Shown here one piece after another: positions 14,948-16,437 of a stretch of DNA of 16,437 nucleotides (within the stretch, counting starts at the first letter, position 1; each line of letters begins with the position of its first letter). The DNA comes from a virus. The notes beneath the pieces are model-generated. The model was not told where the DNA came from. It saw nothing but the letters and a program-made list of their open reading frames with translations, and made no database searches. The DNA is taken from the IMG/VR virus record IMGVR_UViG_3300007960_000418; one strand, written 5' to 3'. The translations under genes and the position numbers were made by a program.

Positions 14948-15262
14948 ATGGATTTAATTATGCGTAAGCGAAAAACAAATAAATCTAAAGGTGTATTAGA
15001 ACAAGAACGACTGCTTACCCAAACTCTGAAAAAAGTGGGTTATAAGGGTGGCGGCAGAGGCTCACCGTTCAGTATACCAAATTACAAATCCTCTAATCCT
15101 ATTGCTTTGTCAGACTCTGTTTGTGCTCATGGTTCAGCAAAACCAAAAAAGCGGTACACTGGCACAGAAATTCTTGGCATTGCTACAATGCACAAATCTA
15201 ATCTTGTCCCAGTCCGTAGGGGAACAGATGAAGCTGAACAAATATCAAAAATGAGAAGGTAA
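14948..15262 (+). CDS. Small basic hypothetical phage protein (start 14948 or 14960)
   Basis: Longer ORF 14822-15262 would overlap both tRNAs, so an internal ATG is chosen. 'GIATMHKSNLVPVRR' resembles small proteins recurrent in marine T4-like phages. Confidence 0.65.
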   Translation: MDLIMRKRKTNKSKGVLEQERLLTQTLKKVGYKGGGRGSPFSIPNYKSSNPIALSDSVCAHGSAKPKKRYTGTEILGIATMHKSNLVPVRRGTDEAEQISKMRR

Positions 15263-15454
15263 ATGCGATATGTAGTGTGGATACCAGCTTTGATACTATT
15301 TAATCTCAAGCTAATGGGATATATTACATGGAGCTGGTGGATAGTGATTTTGTCTCCAATTTGGCTCAGTGCTCTTGTGTTGTTTGTTTTGTCAATAATT
15401 TTAACAGATGATCAAATTGATCGTTTAATTGATAGGGATGAGGATATTGACTAA
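15263..15454 (+). CDS. Small predicted membrane protein (63 aa)
   Basis: Two hydrophobic segments (YVVWIPALILFNLKLMGYI, WIVILSPIWLSALVLFVLSIIL). Confidence 0.6.
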   Translation: MRYVVWIPALILFNLKLMGYITWSWWIVILSPIWLSALVLFVLSIILTDDQIDRLIDRDEDID

Positions 15455-15897
15455 TGTCATCTAAGATTCAAAAAATTGGATCACGTGAACATCCTGGTGT
15501 TGCTATGTTGTATGAATTTGAACCAGGTGTATGGAAAGTATATAACACGTTTTTTGCAGAGAGTGAAGAACGACTAATTCAATTCTTAACAGATCAAAAA
15601 TACTACCCGGAGAAAATTATGGAAGTTTTTGACATAACAAAATTTACTCGTGAACATATGGTTGAATTTCTTCATATCGGCCCGTGCGAAGTCACATTCA
15701 CGAAGGTTAACGGCGAAACACGTCAGATGACATGTACACTTAATGAGGAAGTTCTTAAAGGAGAAGGTGTTTGGAAAGAGCCAAGCGAGGTCACCAAAAA
15801 GGAAAATCAATCGGTAATTGCTGTGTATGACACAATTGCAAAGGGCTGGCGTTCTTTTCGAGTTGACTCGGTAACTAAATTTGAATATATAGGATAA
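15454..15897 (+). CDS. Hypothetical protein with DUF2693/WYL_2-like domain (147 aa)
   Basis: 'CEVTFTKVNGETRQMTCTLN...IAVYDTIAKGWRSFRVDSV' matches the pattern of this small phage domain. Confidence 0.75.
   Translation: MSSKIQKIGSREHPGVAMLYEFEPGVWKVYNTFFAESEERLIQFLTDQKYYPEKIMEVFDITKFTREHMVEFLHIGPCEVTFTKVNGETRQMTCTLNEEVLKGEGVWKEPSEVTKKENQSVIAVYDTIAKGWRSFRVDSVTKFEYIG
15863..15891 (+). promoter_or_regulatory. Possible promoter TTGACT-N17-TATATA upstream of tRNA-Gly
   Basis: TTGACT 15863-15868 and TATATA 15886-15891, inside the 3' end of the preceding CDS. Confidence 0.35.
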
Positions 15898-15907
15898 ATG
15901 TAACAAT

Positions 15908-15981
15908 GCGGGTATGGTGAAATGGTATCATGCGAGCCTTCCAAGCTCTTGGTGCGGGTTCGATCCCCGCTGCCCGCTCCA
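15908..15981 (+). tRNA. tRNA-Gly (UCC), CCA encoded
   Basis: Acceptor GCGGGTA/TGCCCGC (one G-U), anticodon loop CTTCCAA, T-arm GCGGG-TTCGATC-CCCGC, TCCA end. Confidence 0.9.
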
Positions 15982-15994
15982 ACAGGATTTTTCA

Positions 15995-16210
15995 ATGTTT
16001 TCGGTTGAGTATGACCACGATGAAATTTGTATAACAGTTGTTGATGATTATGGGTTTCATGGTGATCTTAAAATCCACGCGTTCAATGACATTGTGTACA
16101 TATCTCAGTGGGACCCTGATACAGATAGCGATTCACTAATGATGATTAGTCCTGATATGTGGGAACAACTTTTGCAGGCTATCAACTCAACTGAAGGTGT
16201 GTATGTATAG
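15995..16210 (+). CDS. Small acidic hypothetical protein (71 aa)
   Basis: The ORF-track start at 15914 lies inside tRNA-Gly. Internal ATG at 15995 preceded by AGGA gives MFSVEYDHDEICITVVDDYG... Confidence 0.6.
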   Translation: MFSVEYDHDEICITVVDDYGFHGDLKIHAFNDIVYISQWDPDTDSDSLMMISPDMWEQLLQAINSTEGVYV

Positions 16211-16215
16211 ATAAA

Positions 16216-16293
16216 GCCTCGTTAGCTCAGCTGGATTAGAGCCGGGAACTTCTAATTCTCAGGTCGGGGGTTCGAGTCCTCCACGGGGCACCA
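16216..16293 (+). tRNA. tRNA-Arg (UCU), CCA encoded
   Basis: Acceptor GCCTCGT/ACGGGGC, anticodon arm GGGAA-CTTCTAA-TTCTC, T-arm with GGTTCGAGTCC, ACCA end. Confidence 0.92.
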
Positions 16294-16309
16294 AATAATC
16301 TTGAAGAAT

Positions 16310-16437
16310 ATGGTATTAGAAGAGATCATACTGATTTTCATAATTGCGGCAATAGCATTGATATTATTGTTTGTATTCACTCTTCCTTTTCGCAGACATT
16401 TCCTATTAGCAATCGGAATGTTGGTTCTTGTACCACC
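16310..16437 (+). CDS. Partial small membrane protein, continues past window edge
   Basis: Open frame MVLEEIILIFIIAAIALILLFVFTLPFRRHFLLAIGMLVLVP to the last base. Confidence 0.5.
   Translation, partial: MVLEEIILIFIIAAIALILLFVFTLPFRRHFLLAIGMLVLVP

Noticed and set aside
15807-15995. Minus-strand 62-aa ORF and the 15914 start of the 98-aa plus ORF
   Set aside because: Both run through tRNA-Gly. The plus ORF is better started at 15995.

Overview
This window comes from a T4-like (Tevenvirinae-type core) myovirus genome. Minus-strand accessory genes occupy the left end (1-3592). They are a tetrapeptide-repeat CDS running off the edge, a small possible winged-helix ORF, a DUF932-like protein, a HAD-like phosphatase, a small HExxH metallopeptidase and several hypotheticals. 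A long plus-strand core module follows: gp19-like tail-tube protein, UvsY, UvsW, a possible Sm-like ORF, gp55 late sigma factor, gp47, gp46, PstS, gp45 clamp, gp44 clamp loader, a DexA-like exonuclease, gp62 and RegA. It ends in four tRNA genes (Leu-UAA, CAU, Gly-UCC, Arg-UCU) mixed with small phage ORFs. The best candidate for something undescribed is the 514-bp gap at 6482-6995 between the Sm-like ORF and gp55. It contains a densely self-complementary ~330-nt region with an 11-bp long-range closing stem, G-U wobbles that only fit the plus strand, and no credible ORF. Immediately downstream is a 60-bp-period tandem duplication carrying symmetric back-to-back TTGACA promoters. Other notable items are a 49-bp promoter cassette repeated at 48/49 identity, face-to-face TATAAATA late promoters, pstS inside the replication operon followed by a strong terminator, an exonuclease gene splitting gp44 and gp62, and two tRNAs whose variable regions do not match their anticodons. 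All family names come from recognising protein motifs and gene order. No database search was run.
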